In this document: positions 18,263 to 26,115 of the stretch, one piece after another | Layout of the letters: every line of letters begins with the position of its first letter | Position numbering within the stretch: the first letter of the stretch is position 1 | Assembly (NCBI GenBank): GCA_030698805.1 | Contig: JAUYMA010000003.1 | Coordinates: 12,167-76,166 of the forward strand | Direction: 5' to 3' | Source: Nanobdellota archaeon | Lineage (GTDB): Archaea > Nanobdellota > Nanobdellia > Pacearchaeales > GW2011-AR1 | DNA: 64,000 bases | The notes under the pieces: model-generated | Databases searched by the model: none | The model's input: only the letters and a program-made list of their open reading frames with translations | What the model was told of the DNA's origin: nothing | Translations under genes and position numbers: made by a program

Positions 18263-19859
18263 TTCTTTACAAACTCAAAGAGCTACATTAGAAGGAGTAA
18301 TCAATTCTGAGAGATATACTGTTAAATCTTTGCTTGGCAAGGGCACATGGGGAAGAGTTTATCGAGCTGAGGATTCTCAATTGAGAATAGATGTAGCAGT
18401 CAAGGTATTGGACCCCTCTCCTTTGGCTGAAGATCAGATGAGGCATCGCCAACTTACTGAAGAACGCATCATAAAGAATGAAGCTCTTGAATTAACTGCT
18501 TGTTCTCATGTTGTGCCTAGAATGTTTGCAGTTGATAAAAATGGAAAGCCTTTCATTGTCATGCCATTATACAAAAATTTTCTCTCTGACAAGATTGAGC
18601 AAGATGGATCGCAATTATTCTTTAGGCAAGGTCTGCAGGAAAGCGATATTGTGCATTATATGAGAGATATCTCCTTAGGACTGGGAGAGTTGCACACCAA
18701 ATTAAGCAGGGTGCATGGAGATTTGAAACCAGATAATCTTGCTTTAGATTCTGAAGGCAATGTTCTTGTAAATGATCTCGGAACTTCCACTTGTGCGTCT
18801 TTAGGCTGGAGCTTGTCGCCAAGAGATAATATGGGGTTTATCTATACCCGCGCCCCAGAATGTTTTGCTAAAGATAATCAGAGGCTAAGCCATCCTACTA
18901 AAGAATCAGATGTGTGGGGATTTGGAGCATTAGCATACAGATTGTTTACTGGCAGTTATCCTTTAGAACCTGAATTTGATGGGAATAATCCAAACAAAGT
19001 CATAGAAGAGCTTGGTGTAGATGGAGGAAACAGGCTCATGAAAAATAAAGTCAGAAATGTGCCTGAAAAATTTAGAAAATACTTAAGAGAATGTTTGAAC
19101 TTTACTCCTTACTTAAGATTTCACGATGGAATACACGCTAACCAGTCCCTTCAAACACTTATTGAAAGCCGCACTCCTGCTGCAATTTTAAAGAAGAGCT
19201 TGCAAAGGGCGGCTTATATTACCGTGCCTTCTGCTCTTGTGGGATTGGGATTATATATGGGAATGGTCCATGAGCCTCAAGACTTAACCATGCCGCAAGT
19301 GAAGATGGAGGGTTACCTTTCAGTAGACAATGATATGCTTGCTGAGGGGGAGAGAATTGTTTTTGATAAAGAAAACATACCTCGTCTTCCTGTTCCTAAA
19401 CTATTTCAAGTGGGCCACCAAGCAGAAATGCGAAAAGCAACAAAAAATAGATACGCGGCATATTTGCTAAAGACTTATGTGCAGACATTTCAAGATATCC
19501 GGCAAGCTTTTGAAGTTCCATTCGTGATAACCGCTCAACATGATACCTGGAGCGGCTATACAACTGATGCAGAAAAACAAGTCCGAGGAATGTATAATGG
19601 TATTTTCTTTGTTATAGCTAGAAACATTGAAGTGGCATTAACTCAAAGCAAGACTCCTAAAGGTACAGTCGATTTGGAAGACGTATGCGCTATAAGCCGT
19701 GTTGGCATTGATAAAGTAAATGAAGCGAGAAGGGCAGCCAATAGTTTTGATTTTAATGACTATATTTATGCAAGGAACAAACATGGGGATAGAATTATAG
19801 GGGAAAGAGATGAAGAATTTGTAAAAACCTGGTTAAGTTATATTAATTTAAATCTTTAA
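18255..19859 (+). CDS. membrane-spanning Hanks-type Ser/Thr protein kinase (module copy 1)
   Basis: LLGKGTWGRVY (Gly loop), VAVKVL, HGDLKPDNLAL, VNDLGTS and TRAPE. One TM (ITVPSALVGLGLYMGMV) followed by a roughly 190-aa C-terminal domain. Start set to ATG 18255, in an 8-nt overlap (ATGATTAA) with the small ORF. Confidence 0.85.
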   Translation: MINSLQTQRATLEGVINSERYTVKSLLGKGTWGRVYRAEDSQLRIDVAVKVLDPSPLAEDQMRHRQLTEERIIKNEALELTACSHVVPRMFAVDKNGKPFIVMPLYKNFLSDKIEQDGSQLFFRQGLQESDIVHYMRDISLGLGELHTKLSRVHGDLKPDNLALDSEGNVLVNDLGTSTCASLGWSLSPRDNMGFIYTRAPECFAKDNQRLSHPTKESDVWGFGALAYRLFTGSYPLEPEFDGNNPNKVIEELGVDGGNRLMKNKVRNVPEKFRKYLRECLNFTPYLRFHDGIHANQSLQTLIESRTPAAILKKSLQRAAYITVPSALVGLGLYMGMVHEPQDLTMPQVKMEGYLSVDNDMLAEGERIVFDKENIPRLPVPKLFQVGHQAEMRKATKNRYAAYLLKTYVQTFQDIRQAFEVPFVITAQHDTWSGYTTDAEKQVRGMYNGIFFVIARNIEVALTQSKTPKGTVDLEDVCAISRVGIDKVNEARRAANSFDFNDYIYARNKHGDRIIGERDEEFVKTWLSYINLNL

Positions 19860-20772
19860 CTTCTTTCGCTATAAGCAGTTCGCTGAATAAGGGACTTGTT
19901 CCTATCTGAATTAAACGGTAAATCTCTCTAATGTAAGAAAGTAAAACTGCCTCTTCTCCCCTTGCAGATTTTATAGCTTCTAGACATTTACCAAAATGAT
20001 ATTTCTCTTTTCCTGAATTTATCTTATGAATTGCATTCTCATCTTTTCTTAAATAAGCCTCGTAATAAAGCGAGAAATAATTCTGCAATTCTTTTACGAG
20101 ATTTTTTGTTTCTTTTCCACATTTAACTTTTTTACTGGCAGCGTGAAGATAAGTATAAGATATTGCATGCCCTATATGAGTTAAAAAAGTTAGCAATTCC
20201 CAAGCTAATGCAGGATTTCTTTCCTCCTGCTCTTTCGTTAATATACGCCTACAGAAAAGAACAAATTTATCATGCTGGTCTCTCAACTCAGTTATATCTT
20301 GGAGATGTTTAAACTCTCCTTTTTCAGTGTCTCTATTTAAGATTTCAATAGTCTCCTGGATGATTATGAAAAGTCTTCTTAGGAGCACATCATATTTTTG
20401 GTCTGTTGGCTCAGAGAGATTTTCCAGAGTGCATTTATTCGCGGTTCTATCAGTCAGCTCAAATCCTAGTAAAAGGGGTAAAGTTGCTTTAATTTCTTTA
20501 AATGACTTTTCATCCAGATTTTCTATGGTAATTGCATCAAATCCTCTTCTGTAAAGATGAGTTAAGAGTGCCCTTACATCTGATCTTGCCTCATTATCTA
20601 AGACAACTAAGGTCATCTTCTTTTTTAGCACTGCTGATTGAATAATTAAAGAAGTATCTTTCTCCTGCAACCGAATTTTATCTCCTTCTTTAAGGCCTTT
20701 TTTATCCACCCATGATTTAGGAAGATAAATAGTGTAACCTCCTCCCCCTTGTTTGATGAGTGTTCTTTCCAT
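19843..20772 (-). CDS. AbrB/SpoVT-domain plus PhoU-like regulator (module copy 1)
   Basis: N-terminus MERTLIKQGGGGYTIYLPKSWVDKKGLKEGDKIRL is an AbrB/SpoVT fold pattern. It is followed by a helical, PhoU-like body with the ...FCRRIL... motif shared by all three copies. The 3' end overlaps the kinase 3' end by 17 nt. Confidence 0.75.
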   Translation of the reverse strand: MERTLIKQGGGGYTIYLPKSWVDKKGLKEGDKIRLQEKDTSLIIQSAVLKKKMTLVVLDNEARSDVRALLTHLYRRGFDAITIENLDEKSFKEIKATLPLLLGFELTDRTANKCTLENLSEPTDQKYDVLLRRLFIIIQETIEILNRDTEKGEFKHLQDITELRDQHDKFVLFCRRILTKEQEERNPALAWELLTFLTHIGHAISYTYLHAASKKVKCGKETKNLVKELQNYFSLYYEAYLRKDENAIHKINSGKEKYHFGKCLEAIKSARGEEAVLLSYIREIYRLIQIGTSPLFSELLIAKEVKDLN

Positions 20773-20806
20773 TTTATAGAGAATATTCTAGGCTATATAA
20801 GGCTTT

Positions 20807-20832
20807 TGATATCACTCATATCAATAATATCA
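20807..20832. promoter_or_regulatory. operator-like inverted/direct repeat in the divergent AbrB-PhoU / AAA intergenic region
   Basis: TGATAT-cactc-ATATCA-ata-ATATCA. Read on the minus strand, 20832-20818 is TGATATTATTGATAT, matching 32761-32775 (TGATATTATTAATAT) at 14 of 15 positions. It lies about 45 nt upstream of the AbrB-PhoU ATG. Confidence 0.45.
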
Positions 20833-20986
20833 GTTAAATATTAAAGACATTATTGTTGTTACTTTATTATGATAACAGAAAAAATGTACTGTCCTATCGG
20901 AGTTACAATGACTGTCAGAGCTTTCAGGGTGAAAAAATATCTGGCTATTCTGTTTTATGTAAATAAGAAATTCGGAGAAAGACACA

Positions 20987-22468
20987 ATGGCTAAAAATGA
21001 AGCAATGGAAGCCCTGCAGAGGGAGAATCTGCTCTTAAAATCAGAAGTAGAGAGATTATCATCTCCACCGTTTAGAGCAGGGACAGTGCTAGACACTGGA
21101 AAAAAGACAGTCAGGGTATTTGTTGATGGCTCTGGCACTTATGAAATCGGACATAATGAATCTCTCAATGGAAAAGTTAAGAGGGGTTGCAGAGTGACAT
21201 TGAATAAAGACCTCGCAATAGTGGACTCTTCGGAATTTAGCGACTTAGGAAGTCAGGTAGCGACAGTTGATGAAGTTGAGCCAAACAGAATAAGAGTTGA
21301 ACTAAAAGGCGAACATAAATATGTATTGAGTATATCTCCCGATGTCCGGGCCGGAGATGAGGTTGTTCTTGATTCTTCTGGACTGCTTGCTATAGAAAAA
21401 CTTTCTAGGAAGAAGACGAAATATAATCTTGAGAGAGTTCCTCAAATACCTTGGGACCGAATTGGAGGATTAGAAGAAACTATCAAGAGTATACGTTCTG
21501 AGATTGAGCATCCTTTTGTTCATCGAGAAGTATATGCAAGATATGGCAGTTCTCCTATCAAAGGAGCTTTGCTTTTTGGCCCTCCAGGATGTGGGAAGAC
21601 TCTTGTAGCCAAGGCTATTGCATACAATCTTGCAAAAACTACGGGACACGAAGATGGCCATTTCATTAGCATAAAGGGACCTGAAATCCTTAATATGTGG
21701 CTTGGTAATAGCGAGGCAAATGTGAGGAGAATTTATCAGTCTGCTCGTGAAGTTGCAAATGGGGCTCTAGTGGTTATCTTTATCGATGAAGCGGAATCTA
21801 TCTTTAGAGTAAGAGGAAGCAGCGTGTCTACTGATGCTTATGATTCTATTGTGCCTCAGCTCTTAACTGAAATGGATGGATTAGAGGAGAATCATAATAT
21901 TATCACTTTGCTTGCTACCAATAGAGAAGACTCTATTGATCCTGCAGTCTTAAGACCTGGCAGAATAGACCGAAAAATAAAGATACCTCGCCCTTCAAGG
22001 GAAGGTGCTTACGAGATTTTTGGAATCTATCTTAAGGATAAACCTGTCCAAGGATTGTTTAAAGGCAGCAAAAGAGAGAGCCTGACACATGAAGCTGTTG
22101 AGAGAATCTATTCTCCAGAGCCAGTTTGTACTGTTGTCAATCCTCATGGCGAGGCCTTAGGCTCATTCACATATAGAAATATGATTAGTGGAGCGATGAT
22201 CAAAGGAATCGTAGATCGCGCTTGCAGATATGCTATCGAAAGAGAAACTGTCGGCGGCACAATCGGGATTGGTAAAGAAGATATTTCGAGAGCATTAGAT
22301 ACTGAACTTAGAGAAAACTTAGAATTAGATCAATTTTTTGTCGAGAGCGATTGGAATGATGTTTTCGGAGATAAAGGGAAGCAGATGTATGAGGCTCACA
22401 AACGCGGCTATTTACAATTTAGAAAAGGACCCGGTCAAATTCAAACAGCTGAAAGGGGGCAACAGTAA
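20987..22468 (+). CDS. ARC/Mpa-type AAA+ ATPase (coiled coil, two OB-like segments, AAA module)
   Basis: N-terminal coiled coil (EALQRENLLLKSEVERL) and two beta-rich OB-like stretches. Walker A GPPGCGKT, Walker B VVIFIDEAE, then SIFRVRGSSVSTDAYDSIVPQLLTEMDG and NREDSIDPAVLRPGRIDRKIKIPRP. These closely resemble mycobacterial Mpa / Rhodococcus ARC as I recall them. The C-terminus ...AERGQQ has no HbYX-type tail. Confidence 0.85.
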   Translation: MAKNEAMEALQRENLLLKSEVERLSSPPFRAGTVLDTGKKTVRVFVDGSGTYEIGHNESLNGKVKRGCRVTLNKDLAIVDSSEFSDLGSQVATVDEVEPNRIRVELKGEHKYVLSISPDVRAGDEVVLDSSGLLAIEKLSRKKTKYNLERVPQIPWDRIGGLEETIKSIRSEIEHPFVHREVYARYGSSPIKGALLFGPPGCGKTLVAKAIAYNLAKTTGHEDGHFISIKGPEILNMWLGNSEANVRRIYQSAREVANGALVVIFIDEAESIFRVRGSSVSTDAYDSIVPQLLTEMDGLEENHNIITLLATNREDSIDPAVLRPGRIDRKIKIPRPSREGAYEIFGIYLKDKPVQGLFKGSKRESLTHEAVERIYSPEPVCTVVNPHGEALGSFTYRNMISGAMIKGIVDRACRYAIERETVGGTIGIGKEDISRALDTELRENLELDQFFVESDWNDVFGDKGKQMYEAHKRGYLQFRKGPGQIQTAERGQQ

Positions 22469-22469
22469 G

Positions 22470-22895
22470 ATGAGAACATTAGAACAAACCCCTGAAAATC
22501 AGAAGTCTGGAGATCAGAAAGAATCGGGATTATCATCTATGGATGTAATGCCAATTATAGTTACTGCCAGACCTAGCTTGTCTGAAGCAGAGAATGCATT
22601 AATGAGAAGACTTCCTGCTTCCTATACGGAAAGAACTGTAAGAGATGTCTTAAGTTATATCATGGGATCTGCTGTAGCTGATACAGAAGCTTCAACAATG
22701 AAGAGTTTAAGAAACGAACTTGGAGCGGCTGGTAGCTATATCCTTGTTAATGGGAAAGAAGCAAAGCTGACTGACAGAGTAGAAGGATATCTTGTTGATA
22801 GAACTGAAACTGTCGAAGGCAGACCAATAAAATATCGACAGCTTGAGATAGAAATTTCTGCGGTTCAACAGGGAGGTTATCAGAGAAGATTCTAG
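22470..22895 (+). CDS. ubiquitin-like (beta-grasp, ThiS/MoaD/SAMP-like) protein precursor with GG plus 5-aa tail
   Basis: 141 aa starting 1 nt after the AAA stop. The N-terminal roughly 40 aa are polar and disordered-looking. The C-terminal part reads ...SYILVNGKEAKLTDRVEGYL...QLEIEISAVQQGG-YQRRF. The diglycine is at codons 135-136 (22872-22877). Confidence 0.6.
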   Translation: MRTLEQTPENQKSGDQKESGLSSMDVMPIIVTARPSLSEAENALMRRLPASYTERTVRDVLSYIMGSAVADTEASTMKSLRNELGAAGSYILVNGKEAKLTDRVEGYLVDRTETVEGRPIKYRQLEIEISAVQQGGYQRRF

Positions 22896-22922
22896 GAAAG
22901 AATTCTTCAGTGATGCAAGAAA

Positions 22923-23900
22923 ATGAAAAATTTAAATTTACTTTTAATTGGAGAAGAACCTTCAGAGAGGCCAATAGTAGAAAAAGGCCTTGGCCTCGAT
23001 GAAGTGCATATCTCTAGCTATGCACATGATAAAGCATTCAAATATGCTGAATTAATAATACAAAGAAAGGGAAGAAGTCTTGAAGTTGGAGGCTTTTTAA
23101 CCACGCCTAAAGAAGCAAGAGACCGAGTTGCCAGAGATGCATTTCTTGCCCGAGATCAAGAAGTTACTTCTGTTTCTTATATATTGAGTCCTCAAGATGT
23201 TAAAAAAGCTAAACAAGAGCTTGACAAAATGGGACAGAGAATTGTGGGGTGGTGGCATAGTCACGGACGTATGAGAACTTTCCACTCTGATATTGATGAT
23301 AAAAATCAGATGGTCTTGCTTAATCAAATAGCGCCTTCTAATTATTCTGTAATAAGACAAGAAGAAACAAGAGGTTTACAAAGCAGGTTAGAAGGGAACT
23401 CTCTTATTTTCTGGGATCCTGCTAATCCAAGAAAAGTATACTCTCTAGATATCAAGAATGATAATCCTGAGCTTATAGCTAAGCGATTACGCATAACTAA
23501 AGAGGAGCAGATTGGATTCGCTTATAGCTTTGTTGTTAATCATCATAGATGGTTAAATTTTAGAGTACCTTATTGTGAAATAGCCACTAGGGAAGTGTGT
23601 TCTGGATGCTTAAATGATAATGCTAAAAGTAAGACAACTGGATACAAAATATTTGATGAAGGAGATTTTGAAATTGATGAAGAACAACTTATCGTAGAAA
23701 TAGATGAACGAGTACATTTAGCTGGGACAAGGAGGAAGTATTTCTTGCCTGAAGATTTTGAAAGGGAAAGGGCTGCAGGCACGCTGACGAAACCTGAATT
23801 TGCCTTAGGCACCTCTCCAATTTACCCTGCTCATGCAAGCAATCTTGATTTGACTCAGTCTCCACCTATAAATTATGCTAAGAGGTATTGGAAAAAATGA
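22923..23900 (+). CDS. JAMM/MPN+ metalloprotease (JAB domain)
   Basis: Complete JAMM signature: E in LEVGGFL, then H-x-H-x7-S-x2-D in WWHSHGRMRTFHSDID (23256-23297). The C-terminal extension has a Cys cluster, CEIATREVCSGC. Confidence 0.85.
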   Translation: MKNLNLLLIGEEPSERPIVEKGLGLDEVHISSYAHDKAFKYAELIIQRKGRSLEVGGFLTTPKEARDRVARDAFLARDQEVTSVSYILSPQDVKKAKQELDKMGQRIVGWWHSHGRMRTFHSDIDDKNQMVLLNQIAPSNYSVIRQEETRGLQSRLEGNSLIFWDPANPRKVYSLDIKNDNPELIAKRLRITKEEQIGFAYSFVVNHHRWLNFRVPYCEIATREVCSGCLNDNAKSKTTGYKIFDEGDFEIDEEQLIVEIDERVHLAGTRRKYFLPEDFERERAAGTLTKPEFALGTSPIYPAHASNLDLTQSPPINYAKRYWKK

Positions 23901-25306
23901 TAGAAAAAAATATTAGATATGATCGACAAGAAAGAATCCAAAATTGGGACCAAAGTAAATTAACCAAAGCGAGAGCAATACTTATTGGCGGAGCACAATT
24001 AACTCATTTTACTGCGGCATCGCTAGCGGCTCTTGGAATAGGAAATATAGAAGTGTATATTCCTCAAGGAGAAAAAACACAGGGATTCCTGACACCTTTA
24101 GGGGGAGAACCTAGAGATCTTGAAAGCAAATTAAGGCAAATGAATCCCTCCTCCTCTATAAAAGTAGGAACATTTGATACAGAGCTTAACTTGACTCAGA
24201 ACCGCCCAGATATATTGCTTGATCTTACTAACTCGCCAGAGATGAAAGATAAATCAATTGGAATTTCTTCTTTGTATGGTATTCCAATAATCTCTGCTTC
24301 GAATGGTAAAACTGGAGGAGCATTCTACTTAGGGACACTGGGAGAGATACCTGCTAGTGCACGACTAGAAGATTATGCAGGTTCTACCCAAGGGGGATTT
24401 TCAAGTGAGATTATGGCTGGAATGATAACTGAAGAAGTAAGAAAAAGTTTAATGCCTTTAAGAGAAGGAGAAAAACCAGTTAAAAGCTTGGCATATCAGG
24501 GCACTGCTGAAAGAAGATTTGCTAGAGAAGGAGATTTTGAAGCAGACCCTTATGAAAACATTTCAGAAAAAAGAATATTAATCGTTGGTGCAGGAGCATT
24601 AGGCAACTTTACAGCACTGGGGGCTGCTCTTGAAGGAATAGGAAATATAGATATATTAGACTTTGATGAGGTTGAGGCCCACAACCTTAATAGACAAATA
24701 CTATTTTACGATGCAGTTGGAAGAAAGAAAGCAGAGGCTTTGGCCGCAAAGGTAAGAGAAATTAATCCTCATGCAGAGGTAAGAAGTCTTGTAGGAAAGC
24801 TTGATGAGAATACTATTTATTTTGAGAAAAATAGACCTGACGTGATATTAGATTGTGTGGATAATTTTGCGACAAGAGCCCTAATTAATTACTTTGCCGT
24901 GAGATATGGCATACCTCTCGTTTCAGGAGGCACAAATTCTCAATCTGGACAAGTTGTAGTATACGAACCTGGAATGAGTTCGTGCCTTCAATGTAAATTA
25001 GATGTGGAGAAAACTCTTGCCCTCTCATTACAAGGAAGCAAATGTACAAACTCTCCTGATCCTAGCGTAATTATGACAAACGAAATCGTTGGGGGTATGA
25101 TGATTGGAGAGACACTCAAAGTCATGGACAAAGGATATGGCACGCCTGTCTCCAAGATTCTTAAATATGATTCGAATGTCCCTATCCGGGGCGGATTAAT
25201 TGGAGCAGGAGACCCCTGCGATTGTACGCGCGGAGATATGAAGAAGTGGTTGACAGGAGTCAAAGAGAGACTTGAAGATATTTCGGAGGCATCTCATGGC
25301 GTTTAG
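23897..25306 (+). CDS. E1-like activating enzyme with two fused ThiF/MoeB-type domains
   Basis: First half has RYDRQ plus a degenerate nucleotide loop (ILIGGAQLT). Second half is a canonical adenylation domain: ILIVGAGALGN, DFDEVEAHNLNRQILF and DCVDNFATR, with paired Cys motifs CLQC and CDC. ATG 23897 forms an ATGA overlap with the JAB stop; the track start at 23888 is TTG. Confidence 0.85.
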   Translation: MIEKNIRYDRQERIQNWDQSKLTKARAILIGGAQLTHFTAASLAALGIGNIEVYIPQGEKTQGFLTPLGGEPRDLESKLRQMNPSSSIKVGTFDTELNLTQNRPDILLDLTNSPEMKDKSIGISSLYGIPIISASNGKTGGAFYLGTLGEIPASARLEDYAGSTQGGFSSEIMAGMITEEVRKSLMPLREGEKPVKSLAYQGTAERRFAREGDFEADPYENISEKRILIVGAGALGNFTALGAALEGIGNIDILDFDEVEAHNLNRQILFYDAVGRKKAEALAAKVREINPHAEVRSLVGKLDENTIYFEKNRPDVILDCVDNFATRALINYFAVRYGIPLVSGGTNSQSGQVVVYEPGMSSCLQCKLDVEKTLALSLQGSKCTNSPDPSVIMTNEIVGGMMIGETLKVMDKGYGTPVSKILKYDSNVPIRGGLIGAGDPCDCTRGDMKKWLTGVKERLEDISEASHGV

Positions 25307-26114
25307 ATTAGGAGAAGAAGTTATTATCAGAAAAGCATCGGCAGGTCAAGGTAATTATTATCATGGTGGGACAGTAAAACAAGTTCCTCTCGGATCTCGC
25401 GGAAGAATAGTTGAGATGGATGCTCCTGAATCCATTAGGCTTTTTTTGGAAGCCAACCCTAAAGCCGAAGTAAATCCTAGAAAGAGAAATTTTTGGGATA
25501 AAGTAATAGAATATCTTGGCATAAAGGAAAAGTTCCTTGAAAAGTCTTCGTACTGGCTTGTTCATCCTGCGGAGATTTCTCCAAGATCCGATCCTTCTCC
25601 AAAACCCCAGATTTCAACATCAAATCTACAGCTACTCTTGAGCAATAATACTATTGAGGCAGTTAACGATGCAGACAAATCTGCTTTTCAACCTGGATTT
25701 AACGTTAGAGAAGAATTTGCAGTGTGGGTAAGAAAACAATTCCCTCAATTAGAAGATTATGTGAAAAGAAAGGAGAAATATAAAGAATTAGAAGAAAGAA
25801 GAGATGAAGTTATGTCCGGAGCTAGAAAAGCATATGATCATGCTATGCAAACTGCTGGAGGTTGTGCAAGAACTGGATTTCAAGTTTCTTTTGCAAGACT
25901 GATAGGCGATAAAAACACTCTCACAGGTCTTGAAGGATCTGCTTTAGATGCCCCTGATCGTTCAGTAAAATATTTTACTATGAAAGAGGAAGATACCGAA
26001 GGAAGCGAATCAGAGCTATTTCCCTCTAATTTGAATAAATTTGTAATAACTATAGAACGCTCTTCTCTCAGTCTCGGTAGTAAAGATAAACACTATGGGA
26101 CAAGGAGGAAATAA
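25296..26114 (+). CDS. unknown-family protein P1 (Ubl-operon paralogue family)
   Basis: 272 aa, with a GGAGG SD-like site 7 nt upstream and an 11-nt overlap with the E1 stop. Shares GNYYHGGTVKQVPLGS, FQPGFNVREEF-x-VWVR-x-QFP and EERRDEV-x9-H-x7-C with P2 (and P3). Confidence 0.6.
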   Translation: MAFRLGEEVIIRKASAGQGNYYHGGTVKQVPLGSRGRIVEMDAPESIRLFLEANPKAEVNPRKRNFWDKVIEYLGIKEKFLEKSSYWLVHPAEISPRSDPSPKPQISTSNLQLLLSNNTIEAVNDADKSAFQPGFNVREEFAVWVRKQFPQLEDYVKRKEKYKELEERRDEVMSGARKAYDHAMQTAGGCARTGFQVSFARLIGDKNTLTGLEGSALDAPDRSVKYFTMKEEDTEGSESELFPSNLNKFVITIERSSLSLGSKDKHYGTRRK

Positions 26115-26115
26115 A

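Noticed and set aside
20830-21138. 102-codon minus-strand ORF spanning the AbrB-PhoU/AAA intergenic region and the AAA start
   Set aside because: It overlaps the well-supported AAA N-terminus in antisense, has no motif, and its upstream half is promoter DNA.
22470-22895. Calling the GG protein a Pup homologue because of the adjacent Mpa-type ATPase
   Set aside because: Pup is about 60-70 aa and ends in GGQ or GGE. It is ligated by PafA/Dop, and neither is present. Here the protein is 141 aa with a VNG...GG ThiS/MoaD-like pattern, and it is accompanied by an E1 and a JAMM protease.
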